Positions 43,862 through 52,042 of a DNA stretch of 64,000 nt are shown here, piece after piece. Position 1 is the first letter of the stretch; every line of letters begins with the position of its first letter. The DNA is from a virus, in IMG/VR virus record IMGVR_UViG_3300044971_004534. One strand, 5' to 3'. Made by a program: the position numbers and the translations under genes. A model generated the notes under the pieces. It was given only the letters and a program-made list of their open reading frames with translations. It was not told where the DNA came from and made no database searches.

Positions 43862-44476
43862 TTATGTGCATATTCTATTATAGTCGCTATCTCTCTGGAA
43901 CTTACTTGCTAATTCTGCTAAAGTGACTGGAAGCCAAGAAGCAAATATCTTTTCTAATTTTTCGTCAAGCTTCTTGCCTTTTGCGGTTGGAGTTTCAAAA
44001 GCGGTTCCAGTATCTTCATAAACATCATGAAGTTCATTATAAACATATGGTATTCTTTTTATTTCTTGCATAATGCTACTAAAGTAAGGAGAGCCTGGGA
44101 ACAGACTGCCATTGCTCTTCTTGTACAGGCAAAGCATTGTTTGAATTTCTTCAGGTAAATCTTTAAAATTGTTTACATTTTCTGTAGCTTGCTTAAAACT
44201 ATCTTTCATTTCTTTAGAAGTTCTTTCCATAACATTAGAAGTGTCAAGGCCATGAACCTCTCCCATGCCACGTAAGCCCTTAGCAAGAGCCAAGGTTGAT
44301 GTTCCACCCATTAGGTGATTAACCAGCGGGCTGTCTGTAACGCCCCTTAAAAGCCCCCATAAGGGACTTCCAGGGCTTCTCTTGGTTTCTTCAGCTAGTT
44401 CCTTAGCCGTTTCTTTTAACGGACCTATGGCTTGTTTTTTCATATGTATAAAATTGTCGGTTTTAAGAATTATCAT
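43862..44476 (-). CDS. hypothetical protein
   Basis: 204-aa ORF with AAGGGA before the ATG. N-terminus MIILKTDNF. Confidence 0.6.
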   Translation of the reverse strand: MIILKTDNFIHMKKQAIGPLKETAKELAEETKRSPGSPLWGLLRGVTDSPLVNHLMGGTSTLALAKGLRGMGEVHGLDTSNVMERTSKEMKDSFKQATENVNNFKDLPEEIQTMLCLYKKSNGSLFPGSPYFSSIMQEIKRIPYVYNELHDVYEDTGTAFETPTAKGKKLDEKLEKIFASWLPVTLAELASKFQRDSDYNRICT

Positions 44477-44484
44477 ATTATCCC

Positions 44485-45069
44485 TTATCTTGAATATTCA
44501 CCAGTTATTACATAAAGTTGCTGTATATTCTTTCCTAATGGAGGAAATACAGGTCCTATTGAGCCAAAAAGATTTTCTTGTTCTATCCATCTGTGTATCT
44601 TTTTAGCCTGTTGCTTGAACTTGATTGGAACCTTTCCTATAACGTCTTGTATTTCATGTGGCATTACGGGGGGAAATGCACTCATGTCTAGTTTTCTTGT
44701 GCCTCGAATGTTGCACATTTGCTCTGGAGTCATGACTGTTCTTGCAATAGAGCTTCTAGATCTTTGATGCATAAGTTGAGTTGTTCTTGAACTTAAGAAA
44801 TTTAAACCATTGATAACGGACTCAATCAACCATACCATCTTTTGCATTTTTTCTAACTCAAATTTTTCTCTTGGAACAAGAGGTGGATTTTTTTCATCAT
44901 CTTCTTGAGCTTTTTTCTCTTCAGATATAATATAATTTAATTCTACTAATTCTGATTCTAAAAACCAAATACTGCTGTCTGCCAGCATTTGTTCTGTTGG
45001 TGTAAGTGTGTATTCTGTATTTGATTCTAATTTAGAATATAAATTAGTAAGGATATTCTTAAATGGCAT
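44485..45069 (-). CDS. hypothetical protein
   Basis: 194-aa ORF, first gene of the minus-strand trio 43417..45069. Confidence 0.6.
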   Translation of the reverse strand: MPFKNILTNLYSKLESNTEYTLTPTEQMLADSSIWFLESELVELNYIISEEKKAQEDDEKNPPLVPREKFELEKMQKMVWLIESVINGLNFLSSRTTQLMHQRSRSSIARTVMTPEQMCNIRGTRKLDMSAFPPVMPHEIQDVIGKVPIKFKQQAKKIHRWIEQENLFGSIGPVFPPLGKNIQQLYVITGEYSR

Positions 45070-45114
45070 GGTATAATATATTATATTTTCTAAAATTTTG
45101 AGGTTATTCCTATC

Positions 45115-45975
45115 ATGTATTCATCGAACAGTTTGCACTTTACAAGAAATAGTCAACTATTAGAAAAACTAGCACAAGCTACTCAGGGCAATCAGTATGT
45201 AGATATTAGTGGCAAGCCTTCTAAAACACCTGTTCTATATGATCACGGTGGAAGAAAATACTATTATATGTCAGACGGTAGAAGAATTGATCAACTATCA
45301 GGTACAGTAATAGATACAGATCAAAATGTAGCTCAAAAAGCAAAAGATTATGCCGCATCGACAGCTCAAGCAGCATCACAACAGCAAGCTCAAAAACCTG
45401 GAGTAAATCCAGCCGCAAAATTTATAGAAGTGAACGAAACAAGAAAAAAGTTTAATCTTCCTGAGTATAGATCTGTACAAGAGATGATTCAAAAAGAAAA
45501 AGATTTGAATGAAGACTATCAGGCAGCAATGCAAAATTATATAGAAAATTATGGATGGACAGCTGATCAATTTTACAAGCATTATCCAACTGTTTATGAT
45601 TTTGCAGTTGATTTGCAAAAACCAGATCTTTCATCTGGTGGTAGAAAAGATTTTAGTGATGAAAGAATATTGAAATCTATTCTTACTTTTAATGAAGATG
45701 AGTTAAACAAAATACCAACACAAGAAGCATTTAGAGTTTTAGATGCATTTATTGGTAGACTTCCAAATATTAATGTAAAAAATGAAACATTTGATCAGTA
45801 TGAAAGACGCTTAAGAATAGATCTACTCAAGTATCGTATGATAAATCCAAAAATGATGGAACACATCATAAAGCAAAAGATGGTGGATGCTCAACAGAGA
45901 CTAGGAAGACAAAATCCAGCCATAGCAGCAGCATATCAAGAAAGAGCTGCTCAAAGAAGTTACCGAAATAGATAA
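45115..45975 (+). CDS. hypothetical protein
   Basis: 286-aa ORF followed by a terminator. Contains LEKLAQATQG near the N-terminus and HGGRKYYYMSDGRRID. Confidence 0.65.
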   Translation: MYSSNSLHFTRNSQLLEKLAQATQGNQYVDISGKPSKTPVLYDHGGRKYYYMSDGRRIDQLSGTVIDTDQNVAQKAKDYAASTAQAASQQQAQKPGVNPAAKFIEVNETRKKFNLPEYRSVQEMIQKEKDLNEDYQAAMQNYIENYGWTADQFYKHYPTVYDFAVDLQKPDLSSGGRKDFSDERILKSILTFNEDELNKIPTQEAFRVLDAFIGRLPNINVKNETFDQYERRLRIDLLKYRMINPKMMEHIIKQKMVDAQQRLGRQNPAIAAAYQERAAQRSYRNR

Positions 45976-45997
45976 TTAATTTTTTTAATAATAAAAA

Positions 45998-46015
45998 ACA
46001 GGCATTTCTGCCTGT
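45998..46015. terminator. bidirectional rho-independent terminator
   Basis: acaggca tttc tgcctgt, flanked by an A run (5') and a T run (3'), between convergent genes. Confidence 0.65.
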
Positions 46016-46042
46016 ATTTTTATTTTATCATTTTTACTTTAA

Positions 46043-46975
46043 TTATCTATCTTCAAATTCACCCGTATAAGAATATCTCTTAGCACTCTTGTCAAATACA
46101 ACTTTAAAGTATCTTTTCTTGCCGTCTGGAGCAGCATAAGGTCCGTAGTAACCCTCTATATTTGCTTGCTTGCCATCTGGGAAGAAATAATTAGGCTGAC
46201 GAACATTAGATGCTGAAGAGCTAGCAGGTGGTAACTGAGTGTTACCGGGAGTTGCTGGAGTAGAGACACTAGCTTGTCCACCGCCGCCAGCTTGTCCACC
46301 GCCGCCAGCTTGTCCACCGCCGCCAGCTTGAGATGGAGGCGGCTTAGAAGCTACGTCATCTTTGCCACCTCCAGTTGAACCTGGAGTTGCTCCGGGTGCG
46401 GGTGCAGGTGCGGGCTTTTTACCTTCTGGTCCAGCTCCAAGTGGAACGTTGGGGTCATACGGGCTTCTTGCTTCTTGCTGTGGGCCTTGCGCCTTGGGAC
46501 TTCCTCCGCCGCCTTGAGAAGCTGCTGCTCCAGCTCCAGCTGCACCGCCAGCCTGTATCTTTGAGTTAATTCTACTAGCAAGTTTATCTAAAAATGCAAG
46601 GCGAGACTCAAATCCGCCTCTCATTCCAATTTCTTTTATACCTGCGGCTTCTTGTTGAGATATATCCCAAAGACCAATAAAATTCTTAGCAGCATCTTCA
46701 CGATTAGGACCTTTTGTAATTCTGTCTTTCCAGTAATTAATTACTTGAAGTTTTTCTGTAGGATCTAAGCTTTCAAAATATCCACTACCAGCTCCAGCAA
46801 CAGGAAGTCTATCAAAACGTCCTGCTTGCATAAAAGCAAGAGCTTTTTGCTTGTTCATTTGCTGCATAGATTCTTGTTGCATTTCTGCCAACTCAGATTG
46901 TTGAGCAATTTTCTTAAAATTACCAGAAGACTTTAGTAAAACTTTATTTGTAATTTTTTGTTTTCTGTTATTCAT
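46043..46975 (-). CDS. Gly/Ala/Pro-rich low-complexity protein
   Basis: N-terminus ...SSGNFKKIAQQSE. The central region is GGAAGAGAAASQGGGGSPKAQGPQQ...PAPAPAPGATPGSTGGG...(GGGQAG)x3. The C-terminus is a globular YFKVVFDKSAKRYSYTGEFEDR. Confidence 0.7.
   Translation of the reverse strand: MNNRKQKITNKVLLKSSGNFKKIAQQSELAEMQQESMQQMNKQKALAFMQAGRFDRLPVAGAGSGYFESLDPTEKLQVINYWKDRITKGPNREDAAKNFIGLWDISQQEAAGIKEIGMRGGFESRLAFLDKLASRINSKIQAGGAAGAGAAASQGGGGSPKAQGPQQEARSPYDPNVPLGAGPEGKKPAPAPAPGATPGSTGGGKDDVASKPPPSQAGGGGQAGGGGQAGGGGQASVSTPATPGNTQLPPASSSASNVRQPNYFFPDGKQANIEGYYGPYAAPDGKKRYFKVVFDKSAKRYSYTGEFEDR
46271..46328 (-). repeat. perfect 18-nt tandem repeat x3 (agcttgtccaccgccgcc) encoding GGGQAG units
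   Basis: Three identical 18-mers read directly at 46271-46324, plus a partial fourth. Confidence 0.9.
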
Positions 46976-46991
46976 GTGAATTATGTCCTTA

Positions 46992-47729
46992 TCAAATTTC
47001 GAATCTTTGCTTTAAAGCATCTGCTGTTCCTGTACCAGATGGCTTAGCTGCTGCTGCTGCTGCTGCTGGCGCTGACTGCTGTGGAGGAGCAGATGGGGTT
47101 GGTGCAGGAGGAGGTTGTGTGGAAGTTGGAGCTTGAGGAAGTTGCTGAGTATTTGTTTTACCAGTGAGTGCCTCATAATTAATAGGTTCCTTTCCTGTTG
47201 CAATCAGCATATCATTCATAAGTTCATCTTCTTCTAAAAGCTTCTTGCCAGCTTCAAAAGCAGGACCAATTCCTCTTTCAGTAAGTCTTTGAGATATTGT
47301 TGCAATTCTTTCACTTAATTTAGCATCAATATTTTTAAGATCATTATCTAGACGATCAGATATGCCGCCAAGTCTTGATTTCACTTCTTGTTGGAATCTT
47401 GCTTGTGCATCTTGAAGAGCTTTTAGCATTTCTGGAGTTTCTGAACCACCAGACCACCAGTCTTGAGCAGACTGTAGCAAGTTTGATTTACTGAATATAG
47501 ATGCTAAAGCTCCAACTGCACCGCCAGTTAATCCAGCTCTCAGAGCAGATCCGAATAGAGCGCTACCTGCTCTTCCAAGTGCTGGACCAACAGCCCTTCC
47601 AAGATTATAGGCTAACTGAGCTTCTTTATTGAGTGTGAATGTTCCATCAGCTTCAGCAGTAACGTATCCTTTTCTGATGCCTGAAGCAAGCCACTGTGTT
47701 TGAGATATTTTTATCATTTCTTTTTTCAT
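46992..47729 (-). CDS. tag / glycine-zipper / helix family protein (member D)
   Basis: MKKEMIKISQTQWLASGIRKGYV tag; GRAVGPALGRAGSALFGSALRAGLTGGAVGALASIF zipper; LGGISDRLD helix; C-terminal PPPAPTPSAPPQQSAPAAAAAAAKP. Confidence 0.8.
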   Translation of the reverse strand: MKKEMIKISQTQWLASGIRKGYVTAEADGTFTLNKEAQLAYNLGRAVGPALGRAGSALFGSALRAGLTGGAVGALASIFSKSNLLQSAQDWWSGGSETPEMLKALQDAQARFQQEVKSRLGGISDRLDNDLKNIDAKLSERIATISQRLTERGIGPAFEAGKKLLEEDELMNDMLIATGKEPINYEALTGKTNTQQLPQAPTSTQPPPAPTPSAPPQQSAPAAAAAAAKPSGTGTADALKQRFEI

Positions 47730-47738
47730 GTTAACCTC

Positions 47739-48968
47739 TTATTTTGGTAAATAATCTGGAGACTGTGGAGCAGAGGCTCCTGGTGCATATCTATTTCTTA
47801 AAGCTTCAGCTATCTGATCTTGCTTTTTCATAGCTGGACCACGTGAAGTTGGTTGAGTTTGCTGTATTTGTCTTTGTAAATCAGCAATTGTAGCCATTGT
47901 ATTTCTCATTTCCTTATCAAGCACTTTACTAATGCCTGCAATGGGCTGGAATACCATTTGTAGTGAAGCAATGCCTCGCTGGAAATCTTGAGGTCTGTAA
48001 TCTTTCATTTGATTATTACCTCTTGCTGCATCAAAAAGAGCATCAGCGCCATAATATCCGGCTAATCCACCACCAAGTGCTGCAGCACCACGGCCAAGCA
48101 TTTGTCTACCAGTTAATGCTGGAGTTGGATTTGGAGTTGGATTTGGAGTTGGATTTGGAGTTGGATTTGGAGTTGGATTTGGAGTTGGATTTGGAGTTGG
48201 ATTTGGAGTTGGATTTGGAGTTGGAGTTGGAGTTGGATTTGGAGTTGGATTTGGAGTTGGATTTGGAGTTGGATTTGGAGTTGGAGTTGGAGTTGGATTT
48301 GGAGTTGGATTTGTTCCACCGCCACCGCCAGAAGTGCCACCACCAACTAAGCCAACAGCAGCTCCTCCTTTGTATGGAACAGCGCTCTTAAATGCAGCTA
48401 CAAATTGTGCATTATCCATACCAGCACCCGCTGGATCAGTAACTCTTAAGTTACCCTTTCCTACCATTCTTTCAAGAAGATTTTTGTCTTGATTATATAA
48501 CTGAATCATTTGAGAATTTCCAGCAGGGTCTGTTACTTTTAATAAAGATCTTTCCAAACCTCCAGCACGTGATGCAATAACGTCAAACTTGAAATTTTGT
48601 CTTTGATCTGCAGGAATAGCCTGTATCGCAGAAATAGCACTGTCTCCTTGGAATCTTAAGGCTCCAAGTTGAGACATTCTACCTTCTCTAAATCTATTCC
48701 ATCGCTCTCTTAATTTTAATGCAGCTTCTGGATCTTGTGGATCTATTTTTGCTTGAGCGCGGCTACCAGAGTCACTTTGCAACCAATCTTCAAAAGACGG
48801 AAGTTGAGCAGCAATAGAAGGGTCATACAAAGATCCCTGCGCTACCTTCACTACGCCATCACCTTCTGTGTAAAATAAGCCTTTATCTAGGCCAACCTGA
48901 AGCCACTCACGGGAGCTCATTTTAATCATGGGTTTAGACGAATTTGCTGTTTTAATAAAACGTGCCAT
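47739..48968 (-). CDS. tag / PT-repeat / glycine-zipper / helix family protein (member E)
   Basis: [27 protein letters not shown] tag; [10 protein letters not shown] then about 66 aa of (N)PTP repeats; [15 protein letters not shown] zipper; [13 protein letters not shown] helix. Confidence 0.85.
   Translation of the reverse strand: MARFIKTANSSKPMIKMSSREWLQVGLDKGLFYTEGDGVVKVAQGSLYDPSIAAQLPSFEDWLQSDSGSRAQAKIDPQDPEAALKLRERWNRFREGRMSQLGALRFQGDSAISAIQAIPADQRQNFKFDVIASRAGGLERSLLKVTDPAGNSQMIQLYNQDKNLLERMVGKGNLRVTDPAGAGMDNAQFVAAFKSAVPYKGGAAVGLVGGGTSGGGGGTNPTPNPTPTPTPNPTPNPTPNPTPNPTPTPTPNPTPNPTPNPTPNPTPNPTPNPTPNPTPNPTPALTGRQMLGRGAAALGGGLAGYYGADALFDAARGNNQMKDYRPQDFQRGIASLQMVFQPIAGISKVLDKEMRNTMATIADLQRQIQQTQPTSRGPAMKKQDQIAEALRNRYAPGASAPQSPDYLPK
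48121..48312 (-). repeat. 12-nt tandem repeat (ggagttggattt; ~16 units with 6-nt variants) encoding NPTP repeats
   Basis: Read directly from the sequence. The coding-strand unit is AAT CCA ACT CCA. Occasional ggagttggagtt units give PTPTP. Confidence 0.95.
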
Positions 48969-49029
48969 TATGTAATTTCCTCCAAATGCTATATGTTATT
49001 CAAAATAATATAAATGTTTTCCTCTTCAT

Positions 49030-49758
49030 TTACTTATTTTTTGCTGCGTCTAACTGTCTAATTAAGTCTAAAACGGTTGCGACGCCTTCTGCCATACTCT
49101 TGTCAAGACTTTTAGATATTCCAGCTATATCTTTAGCAATCATAGTTAATTTAAGTGCGGCTCCTTTAAATTTAGGGATACTGCCTGCTTTTTGTTCTAT
49201 TACTGATGGAGATGCAACATTAAATCCTTTTCTTTGGTCTATAGTTGCATCAGCTATCCAGTCAGCAAGAAGGTATCCTCCAACCCCACCGGCACCAGCA
49301 GCAAGACCTCGACCAGCAACTGTTCTTGCCTTACTTGGACCCAGAATAGAACGGATTCTACTGGGTCTTGTTGTTGACTGAAGGGCTGCCACCTGTTCTG
49401 GAGATATAACTCCACTAGATCTTAAATATTCTCGCAATCTTGCTGGATCTGCAGCAATTGCGTTTATAACTGCAGGATCAACATTTTGCTGCCTACTTTG
49501 CATAATGCGTGAAACAAGCATTTGTGCACCAATGCTGCCAGCAACAACACCAAAAACAGAATTACCGTCTGATTGCTCCGATTCTCTTGAACGTTCTGGA
49601 GACTCATTACGTCTTGACGCTTCACCTGGATTTATAATGCCTCCAGAAGCAGAAGGAAATGGCATATTTGTAACATCAAAAGCAACTTTGCTTCGTGTTG
49701 AAACCCAGTTGTTTTCTATGCCTATTTTTAACCAATCTGCTGAAGACAGCTTAATCAT
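49030..49758 (-). CDS. tag / glycine-zipper / helix family protein (member F)
   Basis: A start at MIKLSSADWLKIGIENNWV (49758) gives an ATGA overlap with the upstream stop; the listed start is 49797. AGGVGGYLLADWIAD zipper and DIAGISKSLDKSM helix are close to member E. Confidence 0.8.
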   Translation of the reverse strand: MIKLSSADWLKIGIENNWVSTRSKVAFDVTNMPFPSASGGIINPGEASRRNESPERSRESEQSDGNSVFGVVAGSIGAQMLVSRIMQSRQQNVDPAVINAIAADPARLREYLRSSGVISPEQVAALQSTTRPSRIRSILGPSKARTVAGRGLAAGAGGVGGYLLADWIADATIDQRKGFNVASPSVIEQKAGSIPKFKGAALKLTMIAKDIAGISKSLDKSMAEGVATVLDLIRQLDAAKNK

Positions 49759-50090
49759 GGAAGCTTGGTATTCTTTCTCCAAGCTTTGCAACTCCAATAT
49801 CTGGCACTTGTTCTGTCTTTAGCCTGATCGCACTTATGTCTAGCTAAAAAGCTCTTCTGTCTACTTGGCTTATTTCTCTTAATTGACAGTGTTTTTTCAC
49901 CTTTTGCCTTGGCGCTTGAGCCACCATGACCAAAGTTAACCTTCTTTACATTTCCACTCTTTGGATCTTTGACATATACCTTAAATTTCTTTACATCGCC
50001 CTTCATGATCTTGCCTAGTGGAACATCTTTACCGCCATGCTTTGCGGCTTCTTTACGCATTTCGTAGTTATTTGAATTGAATTCGAGCAT
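49755..50090 (-). CDS. small basic conserved phage/virus protein
   Basis: KVNFGHGGSSAKAKGEKTLSIKRNKPSRQKSFLARHKCDQAKDRTSARYWSCKAW. I recall this pattern (F.ARH.C....D..SA.YWSC) from phage and giant-virus small proteins. Confidence 0.65.
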   Translation of the reverse strand: MLEFNSNNYEMRKEAAKHGGKDVPLGKIMKGDVKKFKVYVKDPKSGNVKKVNFGHGGSSAKAKGEKTLSIKRNKPSRQKSFLARHKCDQAKDRTSARYWSCKAWRKNTKLP

Positions 50091-50101
50091 AGAATTCTCC
50101 T

Positions 50102-50138
50102 AAAAAAAGAACAGTACGGTTTTTACTCCGTACTGTTC
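50102..50138 (-). terminator. rho-independent terminator (minus strand)
   Basis: gaacagtacgg / ccgtactgttc forms an 11-bp stem with an 8-nt loop. On the minus strand it is followed by TTTTTTT. It lies between 50178..50852 and 49755..50090. Confidence 0.75.
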
Positions 50139-50177
50139 CATACCCCTTTTTATTAAAATATAAATATATGTATGAAA

Positions 50178-50852
50178 TTATGATGCGGGGTATTGATTGG
50201 GGGTGTAATCTATCATTAAACTTACTGTTATATCGTAAAAATGTTTTCTCCAAGTGGCTGATGTTATCCACTTATAACGGATATCTTCATTTTTCTTTTT
50301 TTCAGCAATAATGTCATTTACGTCTCTACCAGTTTCTTCACATTCCTTCATGAGCTCTGCAGTCACTGGATGTGTTTGAACCCCTTGTGGGGCTTCCTTT
50401 TTCACGACAAGAACTCTGTCGTTCTCTGGTCGATTCGTAATATCAATATCGTACACCTTTATAATATTAAGAGGAAAAACGTCTTTGTTGTCTTCCCCAA
50501 AAACTAATTTTCTTACATTTGATCTAAATGCTTCATTGCACAAAGATGACAACTCATTTGATAAGCTTATTCTCCATTGTTCAAAAGTATCAATATCTTC
50601 TTTTGTTGGATCTTCAGCAATAGTAAGATAGTGAAGAACTTTTTTACATTCTACGAGATCATCCGAGTCGAACTGGAACTGAGTATTCCATGGTTTTGTT
50701 GATCGCATCTTTCCGTCTTTGATGTGAAAATCAACGTTGACTGCATCTTGAGAAAAGTTTGGATTAGAAATTGCGTTAAAAATCTCTTTAGCAACAGATT
50801 GCTTAAGTAATTCCGAAAAAAACTCTTGTAGCTTAACTGGAGTGTTGTTCAT
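50178..50852 (-). CDS. hypothetical protein, divergent partner of the ATPase
   Basis: 224-aa ORF whose ATG shares the tetranucleotide CATG (50850-50853) with the ATG of the divergent gene. Confidence 0.65.
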   Translation of the reverse strand: MNNTPVKLQEFFSELLKQSVAKEIFNAISNPNFSQDAVNVDFHIKDGKMRSTKPWNTQFQFDSDDLVECKKVLHYLTIAEDPTKEDIDTFEQWRISLSNELSSLCNEAFRSNVRKLVFGEDNKDVFPLNIIKVYDIDITNRPENDRVLVVKKEAPQGVQTHPVTAELMKECEETGRDVNDIIAEKKKNEDIRYKWITSATWRKHFYDITVSLMIDYTPNQYPAS

Positions 50853-51735
50853 GTATTATCTCAAAAGTATTGATTTTACAAATTTTTGTGGTTACAAAAA
50901 ATTGTCTTTAGATTTCTTCAAAGACAACAAGCCTTTGCCTCTTACTGTATTTTTCGGACCAAATGGAACTGGAAAAAGTACTGTATTGAGTGGAATAAGA
51001 ATGTTGTCAAATCCATATCAGTTTTTTGGAAGAGAGAATGATATGTATTTTAGAAAAATGGTGTTTCACGAAGACTACGACCCCACATACTCTGGCTTTA
51101 TTAAATCAGTCAGAGATCTTAACTTAACAGCTCACTTTATTGATACAGAAAATAAAACATATAAAGTTATTTTAGATCAAAACGGAATTATAGAATCAGA
51201 GTTACCAAGATATAATTCAGATCAAGAGGGATGGAGTGTTTTTACTGATGCAGATCATCCTATGAATATGAACAAATTTCAAATTAGAAAAGAAGCTGCA
51301 GAAAAATTTCTTGAAATAGCTTCATACGTATACGGGTTACCATTATCTTTAGGAAAAGAAATAACAACTTATGATCTTGAAGACAGTGCTACGTTTTATC
51401 AAGATTTAATCATTACAAAGAAAGAAGTTAAAGTACACTTCAAAAGAATGAGTGATGGAGAAAAGAAAATAGCAACTTTGCTCCGTCACATATGTAATGA
51501 ATCAGTTTTAAATCCTAGTAATATATATCTTATTGACAATGCAGAAATGCATATTTATTTCAAGAGACATCCAGGTTTAGTAAAAAGATTAATATCTTGT
51601 TTTCCTGATAAACAGTTCATAACTACTTCTCACAGTTCCAATTTTATTAATGCAGTAAAGTCACATGTGGGAGAAGAAGCATTATTTGATTTAGAAAAAG
51701 TACACGGGTTCGACTCTGTTAGTTATGACATGTGA
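50851..51735 (+). CDS. ABC/SMC-like P-loop ATPase (AAA_21/AAA_23-type)
   Basis: IDFTNFCGYKKLSLDF, Walker A FFGPNGTGKSTV, signature-like MSDGEKKIATLL, Walker B IYLIDNAEMH, H-loop TTSHS. Confidence 0.75.
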   Translation: MYYLKSIDFTNFCGYKKLSLDFFKDNKPLPLTVFFGPNGTGKSTVLSGIRMLSNPYQFFGRENDMYFRKMVFHEDYDPTYSGFIKSVRDLNLTAHFIDTENKTYKVILDQNGIIESELPRYNSDQEGWSVFTDADHPMNMNKFQIRKEAAEKFLEIASYVYGLPLSLGKEITTYDLEDSATFYQDLIITKKEVKVHFKRMSDGEKKIATLLRHICNESVLNPSNIYLIDNAEMHIYFKRHPGLVKRLISCFPDKQFITTSHSSNFINAVKSHVGEEALFDLEKVHGFDSVSYDM

Positions 51736-51882
51736 ACTTTCTACCACTGAACCCGAAGGGTTCTGTGCCGAGGGGCGAAGCCCCGAGGAATAATTAAAGT
51801 CAATGTCGCTTCGCTCCATTTGTCGATGTCACTCCAAAGTCGTGACATCGAACAGTAATTGATTGTATGTGCTTGGGTTTGT

Positions 51883-51895
51883 AATCCGTTTCTGT
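51883..51895. repeat. 13-nt direct repeat aatccgtttctgt (copy 1)
   Basis: An identical 13-mer recurs at 51992-52004, 109 nt away, inside the long non-coding region. Confidence 0.8.
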
Positions 51896-51991
51896 TCCCT
51901 GTGAAACAGGGAGATAGCCCCAGGTCAATCGCCACTTTATAATAATTCTGAAACTCTTTCATATAAAGGACACTCTCCCATCTGTTTTCAG

Positions 51992-52004
51992 AATCCGTTT
52001 CTGT
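51992..52004. repeat. 13-nt direct repeat aatccgtttctgt (copy 2)
   Basis: See copy 1. Confidence 0.8.
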
Positions 52005-52032
52005 AATTATTGTTTAATGTTATAATGATATT

Positions 52033-52042
52033 TTTGTATAAA
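52033..52042 (+). promoter_or_regulatory. candidate -10-like promoter element tttGTATAAA
   Basis: Fourth copy of the GTATAAA motif. It lies ~260 nt upstream of the first fibre-module gene, which would imply a long leader. Confidence 0.2.

Noticed and set aside
48121-48312. Possible CRISPR array, because of the regular short repeats
   Set aside because: The units are contiguous 12-mers with no spacers. They lie in frame within a long ORF, and no cas genes are present.
47963-48391. ORFs translating as LELDLELD... (plus strand) and QLQIQLQ... (48113..48346, minus strand)
   Set aside because: These are alternative-frame or antisense readings of the 12-nt tandem repeat inside 47739..48968. The NPTP frame is continuous with conserved flanking domains.
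51741-51962. 73-aa minus-strand ORF (MKEFQNYYKVAIDL...) with a GGGAGAG-like upstream element
   Set aside because: It spans several strong hairpins and one copy of the 13-nt repeat. It has no recognisable motif, and its codon usage is unlike its neighbours. I treat it as part of the non-coding region, but a decayed acquired gene cannot be excluded.
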